In this document: one piece after another, positions 46,151 through 54,675 of the stretch
Layout of the letters: the number at the start of each line of letters is the position of its first letter
Position numbering within the stretch: the first letter of the stretch is position 1
Assembly: GCA_900541235.1 (NCBI GenBank)
Contig: UQIW01000008.1
Coordinates: 5,910-69,909, forward strand
Origin: an uncultured Collinsella sp.
GTDB lineage: Bacteria > Actinomycetota > Coriobacteriia > Coriobacteriales > Coriobacteriaceae
Length of the DNA: 64,000 nt
Reading direction: 5' to 3'
Made by a program: the position numbers and the translations under genes
The notes under the pieces: generated by a model
Told to the model about the DNA's origin: nothing
What the model saw: only the letters and a program-made list of their open reading frames with translations
The model's database searches: none

Positions 46151-46552
46151 TTATAGGCGGTCCTTGTTCTCGGCCTTAACGGCGTGTGCCTGCTGAACAA
46201 AGAACAGGTCGTACACCACGATGACAAAGGCGCCAAAGTTGATGGCGTCGCCGCCAAACGCGGGAAGCGTGAGCACCGCTTGGGCAAGCGTGGCGACCGC
46301 GGCAACAATACCGAGCTTAAACGCGCCGTCCACCTGCGAAGGCTTGTTGGCGCCCTTGATACCGGCGACGCCTGCGGCAAGGTCGACGAGACCCTTGGCG
46401 ATAAGCACGACCGCTGCGAGTGTGGCGTACGAACCGTACGTGGAATCGAGACCGCCCGTGGCAATACCGACGCCGGCGGTGACGAGGCTGGCGATGCCCA
46501 AAACAAAGTAGATGAGAGCAAGGATTTTGAGAGTCTTGCGAGTGAAGCTCAT
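46151..46552 (-). CDS. Small integral membrane protein, hypothetical, 133 aa
   Basis: It starts MSFTRKTLKILALIYFVLGIASLV and has 3-4 TM segments. AAAGGA precedes the ATG at 46552. Confidence 0.5.
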   Translation of the reverse strand: MSFTRKTLKILALIYFVLGIASLVTAGVGIATGGLDSTYGSYATLAAVVLIAKGLVDLAAGVAGIKGANKPSQVDGAFKLGIVAAVATLAQAVLTLPAFGGDAINFGAFVIVVYDLFFVQQAHAVKAENKDRL

Positions 46553-46784
46553 GGCTGGTCCTTTCGATACGAGTACGCCAACTTGGCGCACCCAATGTAC
46601 TGCACATATGGTGAAGCACATTGTAGTTCAACGCGGCGATGCATGCGTTTGAAAGCGCATTGAGCCCGCGCAGCCAAGCCCAACCTTTCAAAAAGGAAGG
46701 CTGGGCGTAAGTCAAATCGATGGCAGCGTATGCGCGGCGCTGCGATGATGGGTCCATGGTAAGAGCTGGTCTCAAGGAGGAGCC

Positions 46785-46928
46785 ATGATGTACGGAGCAG
46801 GGCAAGTGCATGAGCCGCGGTCGTTGGGAAGGCGCATGAGTGATTCTGCGATCGCTGCCGTGTGCACGGGATTGATGACGGTGCTTTGCATTGGGATGCT
46901 GTGGGCCATGTCGCATGTGGGACAATAG
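46785..46928 (+). CDS. Unannotated small ORF encoding a 47-aa single-TM protein
   Basis: An AAGGAGGAG ribosome-binding site lies 4 nt before the ATG. The sequence is MMYGAGQVHEPRSLGRRMSDSAIAAVCTGLMTVLCIGMLWAMSHVGQ. It is below the 60-aa cutoff of the supplied track. Confidence 0.35.
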   Translation: MMYGAGQVHEPRSLGRRMSDSAIAAVCTGLMTVLCIGMLWAMSHVGQ

Positions 46929-46992
46929 CGAACGGTTGGGTGCTGACATAAACGGTGCCCCGCGTATTCGTTTTGCTTGTTAAGGAGTGTCC

Positions 46993-47697
46993 ATGGGCGT
47001 CGTCGATCCCTTATCTGTTGCTCGGGCCGCGGGGCTTGAGCTGATCGGGAAGCCCGAGGGCCTCACGCTCACCGACGGCACGATGGAGCTGCGCGCGGAT
47101 TTTGGCCGCATGCTGCCGCGACTCAAGCAGGGCCGTCTGCAGCAAGAGCTGTTGGTAAAGGCCGCGCGCACAAAAGGCATCGAGAGCCCATGGGCGATTG
47201 ACGCCACGGCAGGCTTTGGCGAGGATTCGCTGCTGCTGGCGGCTGCGGGTTTTGCCGTCGATCTGTATGAGCAGGATTGCGTGATCGCGGCGCTCCTCAA
47301 GGATGCCTTGGATCGCGCGGCAGATGATCCGGCGCTTGCGACAGCCGTGGCGCGCATGCGCTTACATGCGGGCGAGGACAGCATTGCCGGCCTTCGCCAT
47401 ACAGCTGAGCTGATCGGGCAGGGCGAGCTCACCGTTCCTGACGTGGTGTATCTGGACCCCATGTTTCCCGGACGCACCAAGAGCGCGGCGGTTAAAAAGA
47501 AGTTCCAACTCTTGCATCATCTGGAACAGCCGTGCGCCGATGAGGAGACGTTGGTCGAAGCTGCGCTTGCGGTGCACCCGCGCAAGGTCGTTATCAAGCG
47601 ACCGGTGAAGGGGCCACTGCTTGCCGGCGTTAAGCCGAGCTATCAACTTGCGGGCAAGGCCGTTCGTTACGATGTTTTGGTGCCGCCGCGCCCGTAG
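46993..47697 (+). CDS. rsmJ: Class I SAM-dependent rRNA methyltransferase, RsmJ-like (16S m2G1516)
   Basis: It has DUF548/RsmJ-like motifs (AIDATAGFGEDSLLLAAAGFAV, VVYLDPMFP). An AGGAG ribosome-binding site precedes the ATG at 46993. Confidence 0.6.
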   Translation: MGVVDPLSVARAAGLELIGKPEGLTLTDGTMELRADFGRMLPRLKQGRLQQELLVKAARTKGIESPWAIDATAGFGEDSLLLAAAGFAVDLYEQDCVIAALLKDALDRAADDPALATAVARMRLHAGEDSIAGLRHTAELIGQGELTVPDVVYLDPMFPGRTKSAAVKKKFQLLHHLEQPCADEETLVEAALAVHPRKVVIKRPVKGPLLAGVKPSYQLAGKAVRYDVLVPPRP

Positions 47698-47745
47698 CTT
47701 GCGTGCGATGGCTGGCGCTCCGTCAATGCCGTGCCGATGCGGCGC

Positions 47746-48048
47746 CTATTTCCAAGGGTGCGACGTCAGGTGCCATCCGCCGCAGTATTCGCATTTGTAG
47801 CAGGCCAAACCGCGCCGCCCGCGGTTTTCGCAGTCGGCCATAACGGCCTCGGCCTCGGCGCGCGTGTCGTAACGGTTTTTGCGCTCGCACGACTTGTAGC
47901 GCCAGGCCTCATTGCGCTCGGCGTCCAGGGCGTCGCGGCGCTCGTCCTCGCGTGCAAACAGGTCGCTCATATCGCCGCCGGTGGCAGTGCTCAAAAACTC
48001 GCTTTTTGCTTTTGACCAGGCGGCTCGCTTTTTGCTCCCCATCTGCAT
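47746..48048 (-). CDS. Hypothetical protein with a C-terminal Cys-rich zinc-ribbon-like motif, 100 aa
   Basis: It has CENRGRRGLACYKCEYCGGWHLTSH. A GGAGAGGGG ribosome-binding site precedes the ATG at 48048. The opposite-strand ORF is Ala/Val-rich junk. Confidence 0.5.
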   Translation of the reverse strand: MQMGSKKRAAWSKAKSEFLSTATGGDMSDLFAREDERRDALDAERNEAWRYKSCERKNRYDTRAEAEAVMADCENRGRRGLACYKCEYCGGWHLTSHPWK

Positions 48049-48119
48049 CGCGCCCCTCTCCAAACGTTGGTATCATTGCTCAATCAAAGTGATACCAATA
48101 AACGTGAGGTCGCCGCGTG

Positions 48120-48608
48120 ATGATCAGAAAAACCCTCGATACCGACATTCCCGCTGTCATGGCTATCTATGACGCGGCCCGCGCCTTTATGCGCGCGCAT
48201 GGCAACGCCACACAGTGGCCCGAGGGCACGCCTTCTGCCGAGCAACTGGCTGCCGATATCGCCGCCGGTGGCAGCTATGTGTGCGAAGTCGATGGCCGCG
48301 TGGTGGCGACGTTTGCCTTTTTGCCCGGCCCGGACGAGTGCTATGACGTAATTGAGGATGGTCAATGGCGCAGCGACACTCCGTACGCCGTGCTGCACCG
48401 TGTGGCGTCCGATGGCACCGTGCACGGTATCGCGGCTGCGATGTTTGCCTTTGCCAAGGAGCGTGCCGATCACCTGCGCATCGACACGCATCAGGACAAC
48501 CTGCCCATGCAGGGAGCCATCGCCAAGGCCGGGTTTAAGCGCGCCGGTATCGTATATGTGTCGGACGGTACGCCGCGCGTCGCGTTTGATTGGCTGCGCG
48601 AGGCATAA
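48120..48608 (+). CDS. GNAT-family N-acetyltransferase
   Basis: It has an acetyl-CoA binding fold and GNAT motifs (RVVATFAFL, AAAMFAFAKERA). Confidence 0.8.
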   Translation: MIRKTLDTDIPAVMAIYDAARAFMRAHGNATQWPEGTPSAEQLAADIAAGGSYVCEVDGRVVATFAFLPGPDECYDVIEDGQWRSDTPYAVLHRVASDGTVHGIAAAMFAFAKERADHLRIDTHQDNLPMQGAIAKAGFKRAGIVYVSDGTPRVAFDWLREA

Positions 48609-48642
48609 AGGCCGAGTCACATACCAGCGTTTCACCGAAATG

Positions 48643-48669
48643 AAAATGGCCCCGAGTGGGGCCATTTTT
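48643..48669 (+). terminator. Intrinsic terminator after the GNAT gene
   Basis: The hairpin AAAATGGCCCC-gagt-GGGGCCATTTT is followed by TGG. Confidence 0.5.
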
Positions 48670-48913
48670 GGTAAAACGCGTTGTTGTGGGGCTCGCGTTG
48701 CTACCGTCCCAGATGACCCCGGGCAGACAAAAAAGGGAGGTGCCGGCTTTCGCAAGGCGCGAACCTACGAAAATCGCCGCGCGGCAACGCGGGGCGATGA
48801 GCTCGGTCGGGGGATAGGGCCCGCTTCGCCCGCCGGCCCGTAAATTGTATCATCCAGTGTGGAACGAGGATGCCCGTTGCCGCGTGCGATGGGCTTGCAA
48901 TAAGAGGAGAGCC

Positions 48914-50917
48914 ATGTCGAAGCAAGCGGTCGTTGGAATTGTGGCGCATGTCGATGCCGGCAAGACCACGCTGGCCGAGGCCATGCTGTTCAACGCGGGT
49001 CGCATTCGCAAGCGCGGCCGCGTGGACGATGGTGATTCGCATCTGGACACTGACGCGATCGAGCGCGAGCGTGGCATCACGATTTTCTCGTCGCAGGCCG
49101 TACTCGACCATGGCGATACCCACGTCATGCTCGTGGATGCACCGGGGCATGTCGATTTTTCGGCCGAGGCGGAGCGCACATTGCGCGCGCTGGACTACGC
49201 GATTTTAGTTGTGGGCGCCAACGACGGCGTGCAGGGGCACACCGAAACCCTGTGGCGCCTGCTTGCACGCTATGACATCCCGACGTTCATCTATATCAAC
49301 AAAATCGATTTGGAGAATCCCGGCCGCGATGTTTTGCTGGCACAACTTGGGCAACGTCTTTCCGAGGGCTGCCTGGATGCCAGCGAACTGCTGGCGGGCG
49401 GCTCCGTTCAGGAGGACGCTGCTGCGTTGGACGAGGCGGCGCTCGAGGAGTTTCTTGAGGCGGGTGAGCTTTCTGTCGCAATGCTGTCACGCATGGTTGC
49501 CGAGCGCAAATTGTTTCCCTGCTTTGCGGGATCGGCGCTCAAGGACCAGGGTGTGGCAGAGCTGCTCGACGGCATATGTGCTCTGATGCGCGAGCGAACA
49601 TGGCCCCAGGAGTTCGCCGCGCGTGTCTACCGCGTGAGTCGTGGAGAGCGTGGCGAGCGTCTTGCCTGGGTCAAGGTGACGGGCGGCATGCTGCATGCCA
49701 AGCAGATGATTAGCGGACGTTCCGGTGCCGAGGCATGGGAGCAGAAGGTCGATCAGGTGCGCATCTATAACGGCGAGAAGTATGAGCTTGCCCAAGAAGT
49801 TGCCGCTGGCGGTATTTGTGCCGTGACGGGTCTTGCGCACGTTCGCCCAGGGGACGCCCTGGGTGCGGAGCCCGCGGGCGATGCGCCTGTCATTGCGCCG
49901 GTTCTCACCTATACGGTGCTTCCGGGCGAACACGATGTCCACGCGGTGTTCAAAGCACTGACAGAGTTAGCGGACGAAGATCCTATGCTCGGCGTAAGCT
50001 GGAATACTCATCTGGAGCAGATTCACCTGCAGCTGATGGGCGCCGTGCAACTCGAGGTCGTGCAGCGGGTGTTGGCAGATCGTTTTGGCCTTTCGATTGC
50101 GTTTGAGCCCGGCGGCATTCTCTATAAGGAGACTATTTCGCAGCCGGTCGAGGGCGTGGGCCACTTTGAGCCGCTGCGCCACTATGCCGAGGTACATCTG
50201 CGTTTGGAGCCGTTACCGGCGGGCTCGGGCGTGCAATTTGGCACCGTGACCTCGACTGACGAGCTCGACTTGAACTGGCAGCGTCTGGCGCTCACCAACG
50301 CCATGGAGCGCGATCACCTGGGCGTGCTGACTGGCTCGCCCGTCACCGATGTGCGCATTACGCTCACGGGCGGCCGTGCGCATGCCAAACACACCGAGGG
50401 CGGCGATTTTCGCCAGGCCACGTACCGCGCGATTCGCCAGGGGTTCATGCAGGCGCGTGAGGCGGGCGCGGCGGTGCTGTTGGAGCCGTGGTACCACTTT
50501 GAGCTCGAGGTGCCGGGGGAGTGTGTGGGCCGGGCGCTTTCGGATGCTACGCGTATGGGTGCCGAGTACGAGCCGCCGACGATGGCGGGAGACCGCGCCA
50601 AGCTCATGGGCCGCGTGCCGGCATCCGAAGTGCAGGATTACGCGCTGGAGGTGGCTGCCTATACGAGTGGCCGCGGGCATCTGTACCTGGAGTTTGCCGG
50701 CCACGCGCCCTGTCATGATGCTGAGCGCGTAATTGAGGCGGCCGCCTATAAGCCCGAGGCCGATCTGCCCAATACGCCCGACTCGGTCTTCTGCTCTCAT
50801 GGCGCCGGCTACACCGTCAAGTGGCACGACGTCCCCGCCACGGCGCACGTAAAGGTCGATCCCGCCACCTTTCGCCCCTGGCGAGCAGCAGACGCCGAGT
50901 TTTTCGGCCACATGTGA
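48914..50917 (+). CDS. TetM/TetO/TetW-family ribosomal-protection-type translational GTPase (EF-G paralog), 667 aa
   Basis: The G-motifs are AHVDAGKTTL, DAPGHVDF and INKID, which resemble TetM-type more than EF-G-type (AHIDAGKTT/NKMD). It has EF-G domains II-V. GAGGAG precedes the ATG at 48914, and the stop lies inside palindrome A2. Confidence 0.75.
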   Translation: MSKQAVVGIVAHVDAGKTTLAEAMLFNAGRIRKRGRVDDGDSHLDTDAIERERGITIFSSQAVLDHGDTHVMLVDAPGHVDFSAEAERTLRALDYAILVVGANDGVQGHTETLWRLLARYDIPTFIYINKIDLENPGRDVLLAQLGQRLSEGCLDASELLAGGSVQEDAAALDEAALEEFLEAGELSVAMLSRMVAERKLFPCFAGSALKDQGVAELLDGICALMRERTWPQEFAARVYRVSRGERGERLAWVKVTGGMLHAKQMISGRSGAEAWEQKVDQVRIYNGEKYELAQEVAAGGICAVTGLAHVRPGDALGAEPAGDAPVIAPVLTYTVLPGEHDVHAVFKALTELADEDPMLGVSWNTHLEQIHLQLMGAVQLEVVQRVLADRFGLSIAFEPGGILYKETISQPVEGVGHFEPLRHYAEVHLRLEPLPAGSGVQFGTVTSTDELDLNWQRLALTNAMERDHLGVLTGSPVTDVRITLTGGRAHAKHTEGGDFRQATYRAIRQGFMQAREAGAAVLLEPWYHFELEVPGECVGRALSDATRMGAEYEPPTMAGDRAKLMGRVPASEVQDYALEVAAYTSGRGHLYLEFAGHAPCHDAERVIEAAAYKPEADLPNTPDSVFCSHGAGYTVKWHDVPATAHVKVDPATFRPWRAADAEFFGHM

Positions 50918-50943
50918 CAAAGGGACAGTTCCTTTGTCACATG
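50911..50943. repeat. Family A palindrome (CATGTGACAAAGGGACAGTTCCTTTGTCACATG) containing the TGA stop of the upstream gene
   Basis: It is a 13-bp stem whose ATGTGA encodes the terminal Met plus the stop codon. Confidence 0.55.
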
Positions 50944-51010
50944 CTATTGGTATAACTCGGTACAAGTTGGTATAACTATTGCCAAGGTTTGCCAATCCGA
51001 GGAGGCCGAC

Positions 51011-52129
51011 ATGAATCCAAATCCCTTTAAGCCCACGGCTGGCAAGCGGCCTCCGATACTCATCGGTCGCGAGTCGGTCATCGAAGATTTCGAGGAAGGG
51101 CTCGATAACGGCGCCGGAGCGCCGGGCAGGCTCATACTCATTACGGGAAACCGCGGTTGCGGCAAGACGGTTCTCCTGCGGGAGCTGCAACGTCTAGCCA
51201 ATGAGCGCGGATGGGCGGTTGTCTCCGATTCCGCTTCGCTTGGCTTATGCGACCGCTTGGCCGATGCACTTCGCTCGAATAAACCCGTTGTGACGTCAAT
51301 GGAACTCAGTCCATCATTCGGGCGCATGTCGGTCGAGGCGGCGCGTGCAAAGGGTGAAACGCTGCGCGGGCTGGTCAACGAGCGCCTTAAGAAGCTCGAT
51401 CCAGGCAAAGGCATGCTGTTTGCGATTGACGAGGCACAATCGGCGTCTATCGAGGAGCTGGCGGCCCTTGCCGTTCTCTATCAGCAGGTGCTCGGAGACC
51501 AGGATGCCACGGGCTTGTCCGATAGCGACCAGCGCGGTCTTGCGCTGGTGTTTGCCGGCTTACCCAGTATGGTTGACGATCTGCTCGAAGAGCCGAGCGT
51601 GACGTTTTTGCGGCGTGCCCAGCAGCGTACGCTGGGGGCGATTTCTTTGCCCAAGGTGCGCGATTCATATATCCAGACGGTCAAAAACGCTGGTCTTTAC
51701 GTTGACGCGGGGACGGCGGATCTTGCGGCACACAAGAGCATGGGGCATCCCTATATGGTTCAGCTGGTGGGCTATTACATGTGGCGCTCTGCTGTCCGGC
51801 GTGGCTCGCAAGTCATCGAAAGGCACGATGTCGAGGATGGCCATGCGGATGCCGTCTCCGAGTTCTACGAAGCGGTTGACGCGCCTCTATATTACGGGCT
51901 GCGCAGTCCACAGCGCCTTTTTATCGAGGCCATGGCGGTTGACGAGGGCAAACCGACTCGCATGGCGGATATCATTGAGCGCTGCGATCGCACCCAGAGC
52001 TGGGCGAGCAAATATCGCGCAAGCCTGATTCGCGAGCGTGTCATCGAGGCTGCCGGATACGGCCTCGTCCGATTTACCGTGCCCATGCTGGGCGCGTACG
52101 TTCGCGATCGAGTTTTATGGCATGAGTAG
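51011..52129 (+). CDS. COG1672/Arch_ATPase-type AAA+ ATPase (paralog 1)
   Basis: It starts MNPNPFKPTAGKRPPILIGRESVIEDFEEGL. It has a Walker A (GNRGCGKTVLL), a Walker B (LFAIDEAQ) and SVTFLRRAQQ. It is a clear paralog of the protein at 54676-55776. Confidence 0.7.
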   Translation: MNPNPFKPTAGKRPPILIGRESVIEDFEEGLDNGAGAPGRLILITGNRGCGKTVLLRELQRLANERGWAVVSDSASLGLCDRLADALRSNKPVVTSMELSPSFGRMSVEAARAKGETLRGLVNERLKKLDPGKGMLFAIDEAQSASIEELAALAVLYQQVLGDQDATGLSDSDQRGLALVFAGLPSMVDDLLEEPSVTFLRRAQQRTLGAISLPKVRDSYIQTVKNAGLYVDAGTADLAAHKSMGHPYMVQLVGYYMWRSAVRRGSQVIERHDVEDGHADAVSEFYEAVDAPLYYGLRSPQRLFIEAMAVDEGKPTRMADIIERCDRTQSWASKYRASLIRERVIEAAGYGLVRFTVPMLGAYVRDRVLWHE

Positions 52130-52154
52130 GGTGATAAAGGTGACGGAACAGAAG

Positions 52155-54635
52155 ATGAGCCCGCAGGCTATCGAGGTACGCGGCGCGCGCGTCCATAACC
52201 TCAAAGACATCGATATCGATATTCCGCTGGGAAAGCTGGTGGGTATTGCCGGCGTATCGGGTTCGGGCAAGAGTTCGCTGGCACTGGGGGTTCTTTATGC
52301 CGAGGGTTCGCGCCGCTACTTGGAAGCGCTCAGCACCTATACTCGACGTCGCCTGACGCAGGCCGAACACGCCCAGGTGGATGAGGTATTGCACGTACCG
52401 GCGGCGCTCGCATTGCATCAGCGCCCCAGCGTGCCGGGCGTGCGCTCGACCTTTGGTACCATGACCGAGCTCAACAACAGCCTGCGCCTGCTCTTTAGCC
52501 GTTGCGCCCATCACGTGTGTCCGCACTGCGGGGCGCGCGTGGAGCCGAGCCTTAACGTGGCTGCGGGCCTGTCGCTCACGTGCCCTGCATGCGGTCGCGA
52601 GTTCTACGCGCCGAGCGCCGAGGACCTTGCCTTTAACAGCGGCGGTGCCTGTCCCACCTGCGGCGGCACCGGTGTCATGCGCGAGGTGGACGAAGCGAGC
52701 CTGGTGCCCGATGAGTCAAAGACTATCAACGAGGGCGCGGTGCTTCCCTGGGGTACGCTCATGTGGGATCTGATGAAGCAAGTGGCTGGCGAGATGGGCG
52801 TGCGCACCGATGTGCCGTTTAACCAGCTCACGCCTGAAGAACGCGACATCGTGTTCCACGGCCCGGCGGTTAAGAAGCACATTCTCTACGTTCCCAAAAA
52901 CGGCGAGGGTGCCACGCCGCTCGACTTCACCTATTACAACGCCGTCTATACCGTCGAGAATGCGCTCGCCAAGGTTAAGGACGACAAGGGCCTCAAACGC
53001 GTTGCGCGCTTTTTGCGCGAGGGAGCATGCCGCGATTGCGGCGGCACGCGTCTCTCCGAGGCTGCGCGCCAGCCCCAGGTGTGCGGTATCAATCTGGCGC
53101 AGGCCGCGGCCATGACGCTTGGCGATGCGGTTGAGTGGGTGCGCGGGGTGCCCGCATCCTTGCCGCCCGAGATGCGGCCCATGGCGACGGATATCTGCGA
53201 TTCGTTTTTGAGCGTGGCCCGTCGTCTGGTCGACCTGGGTCTCGATTACCTTTCACTCGACCGCGCTGGTGCCACGCTCTCCACGGGTGAGCGCCAGCGC
53301 GTTCAGCTCGCCCGCGTGGTGCGCAACCGATCGACGGGCGTGCTCTATGTGCTGGACGAGCCTTCGATCGGCTTACATCCCGCCAATGTCGACGGCTTGG
53401 TGGGCGTGATGCGCGATCTGGTGGATGACGGCAACACCGTGGTTGTTGTCGACCACGATACGCGCGTACTGGCGGAAGCCGACTATCTGGTCGAGATGGG
53501 CCCCGTTGCCGGAGCAGGCGGCGGCAGTGTAATCGCCGCTGGTACGGTAGACGAGGTCGAGCAATCGCAGGGCAGCCGTATCGCGCCGTTTTTGCGCGCC
53601 GAGCTCAAGCGCTTGCGTCCGCAGGTGACTGACGACGAAATGTTCGACCAGGGACATATCCGCATGGCAACCGATGCCATCCATACCGTCAAGCCGCTCG
53701 AGGTTGATATCCCGCGCGGCCGCCTTGTCGCGGTAACGGGCGTTTCGGGTTCGGGTAAGACGACGCTCGTGCTCGAGACGCTCATTCCTGCACTTAAGGC
53801 GCAGGCAGCTGGCGAGCGCTTGCCGGGGCACGTGCGTTGGGTCGATGCCGAGGGCATTGGCCGCGCAAATCTGATTGACGCTACGCCCATCGGCGCCAAC
53901 GTACGCTCGACGGTAGCGACCTATGCCGACATTCATGACGAGCTGCGCCGCGCCTTCGCCCGTACGCCCGAGGCTAAGGCAGCCGGCTACAAGGCGGGCG
54001 CCTTTAGCTACAACACCGGCGCCTTGCGCTGCCCTACGTGTGACGGCACGGGCTCGATATCGCTCGACGTGCAGTTTTTGCCCGACGTCGAGATCATCTG
54101 CCCGGCATGCCGTGGTTCGCGCTACGCCGAGGCCGCCTCGCATATCCATCGCGAGGGCAAGGACGGGAGCTTGCTTACGTTGCCGCAGCTCATGGACATG
54201 AGTGTGGACGAGGCCCTCGACGCCACGGTGGGACTCAAGAAAGTCCAGGCGCGCTTGCAGACCTTGCATGACCTAGGCTTGGGCTATCTCACGCTCGGTG
54301 AGCCCACGCCGGCGCTCTCGGGCGGCGAGGCACAACGCCTTAAGCTCGCGAGCGAGATGGGCCGCGTGCAGGACGATGCCGTGTTCGTATTCGACGAGCC
54401 CACGATCGGACTACATCCGCTCGATGTTCAGGTGTTGCTGAGTGTGTTCGACGGCCTTGTTTCCAAGGGCGCCACGGTTATCGTGATCGAACACGATCTC
54501 GACCTTATCCGTAACGCCGATTATGTGATCGACATGGGCCCGGGCGGTGGCGACGCCGGCGGGCAAATCGTCTGCGCCGGCACGCCGGCGGATATCGCTG
54601 CCTGTCCCAAGAGCGTTACTGGCCGCTACCTATAG
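52155..54635 (+). CDS. UvrA paralog (class II/UvrA2-like excinuclease ABC subunit A homolog), about 826 aa
   Basis: It has two ABC ATPase modules (GVSGSGKSSL, GVSGSGKTTL, LSGGEAQR signatures) and zinc-finger modules (CPHCG, CPACG, CPTCGGTG, CPTCDGTG). It is shorter than canonical UvrA, and the UvrB-binding region is apparently absent. It starts MSPQAIEVRGARVHNLKDIDIDIP. Confidence 0.8.
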   Translation: MSPQAIEVRGARVHNLKDIDIDIPLGKLVGIAGVSGSGKSSLALGVLYAEGSRRYLEALSTYTRRRLTQAEHAQVDEVLHVPAALALHQRPSVPGVRSTFGTMTELNNSLRLLFSRCAHHVCPHCGARVEPSLNVAAGLSLTCPACGREFYAPSAEDLAFNSGGACPTCGGTGVMREVDEASLVPDESKTINEGAVLPWGTLMWDLMKQVAGEMGVRTDVPFNQLTPEERDIVFHGPAVKKHILYVPKNGEGATPLDFTYYNAVYTVENALAKVKDDKGLKRVARFLREGACRDCGGTRLSEAARQPQVCGINLAQAAAMTLGDAVEWVRGVPASLPPEMRPMATDICDSFLSVARRLVDLGLDYLSLDRAGATLSTGERQRVQLARVVRNRSTGVLYVLDEPSIGLHPANVDGLVGVMRDLVDDGNTVVVVDHDTRVLAEADYLVEMGPVAGAGGGSVIAAGTVDEVEQSQGSRIAPFLRAELKRLRPQVTDDEMFDQGHIRMATDAIHTVKPLEVDIPRGRLVAVTGVSGSGKTTLVLETLIPALKAQAAGERLPGHVRWVDAEGIGRANLIDATPIGANVRSTVATYADIHDELRRAFARTPEAKAAGYKAGAFSYNTGALRCPTCDGTGSISLDVQFLPDVEIICPACRGSRYAEAASHIHREGKDGSLLTLPQLMDMSVDEALDATVGLKKVQARLQTLHDLGLGYLTLGEPTPALSGGEAQRLKLASEMGRVQDDAVFVFDEPTIGLHPLDVQVLLSVFDGLVSKGATVIVIEHDLDLIRNADYVIDMGPGGGDAGGQIVCAGTPADIAACPKSVTGRYL

Positions 54636-54637
54636 AC

Positions 54638-54670
54638 AATGAGGCAAAGGGACAGTCCCTTTGCCTCATT
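54638..54670. repeat. Family A-like palindrome (AATGAGGCAAAGGGACAGTCCCTTTGCCTCATT) 2 nt after the uvrA-paralog stop
   Basis: It is a perfect hairpin with the shared AAAGGGACAG core. Confidence 0.55.
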
Positions 54671-54675
54671 GATGC

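Noticed and set aside
48845-48913. 23-codon N-terminal extension (MYHPVWNEDARCRVRWACNKRRA) of the TetM-like gene in the ORF track
   Set aside because: It starts at a TTG without a ribosome-binding site. A strong GAGGAG site directly precedes the ATG at 48914, and TetM/EF-G proteins begin only a few residues before the G1 motif.
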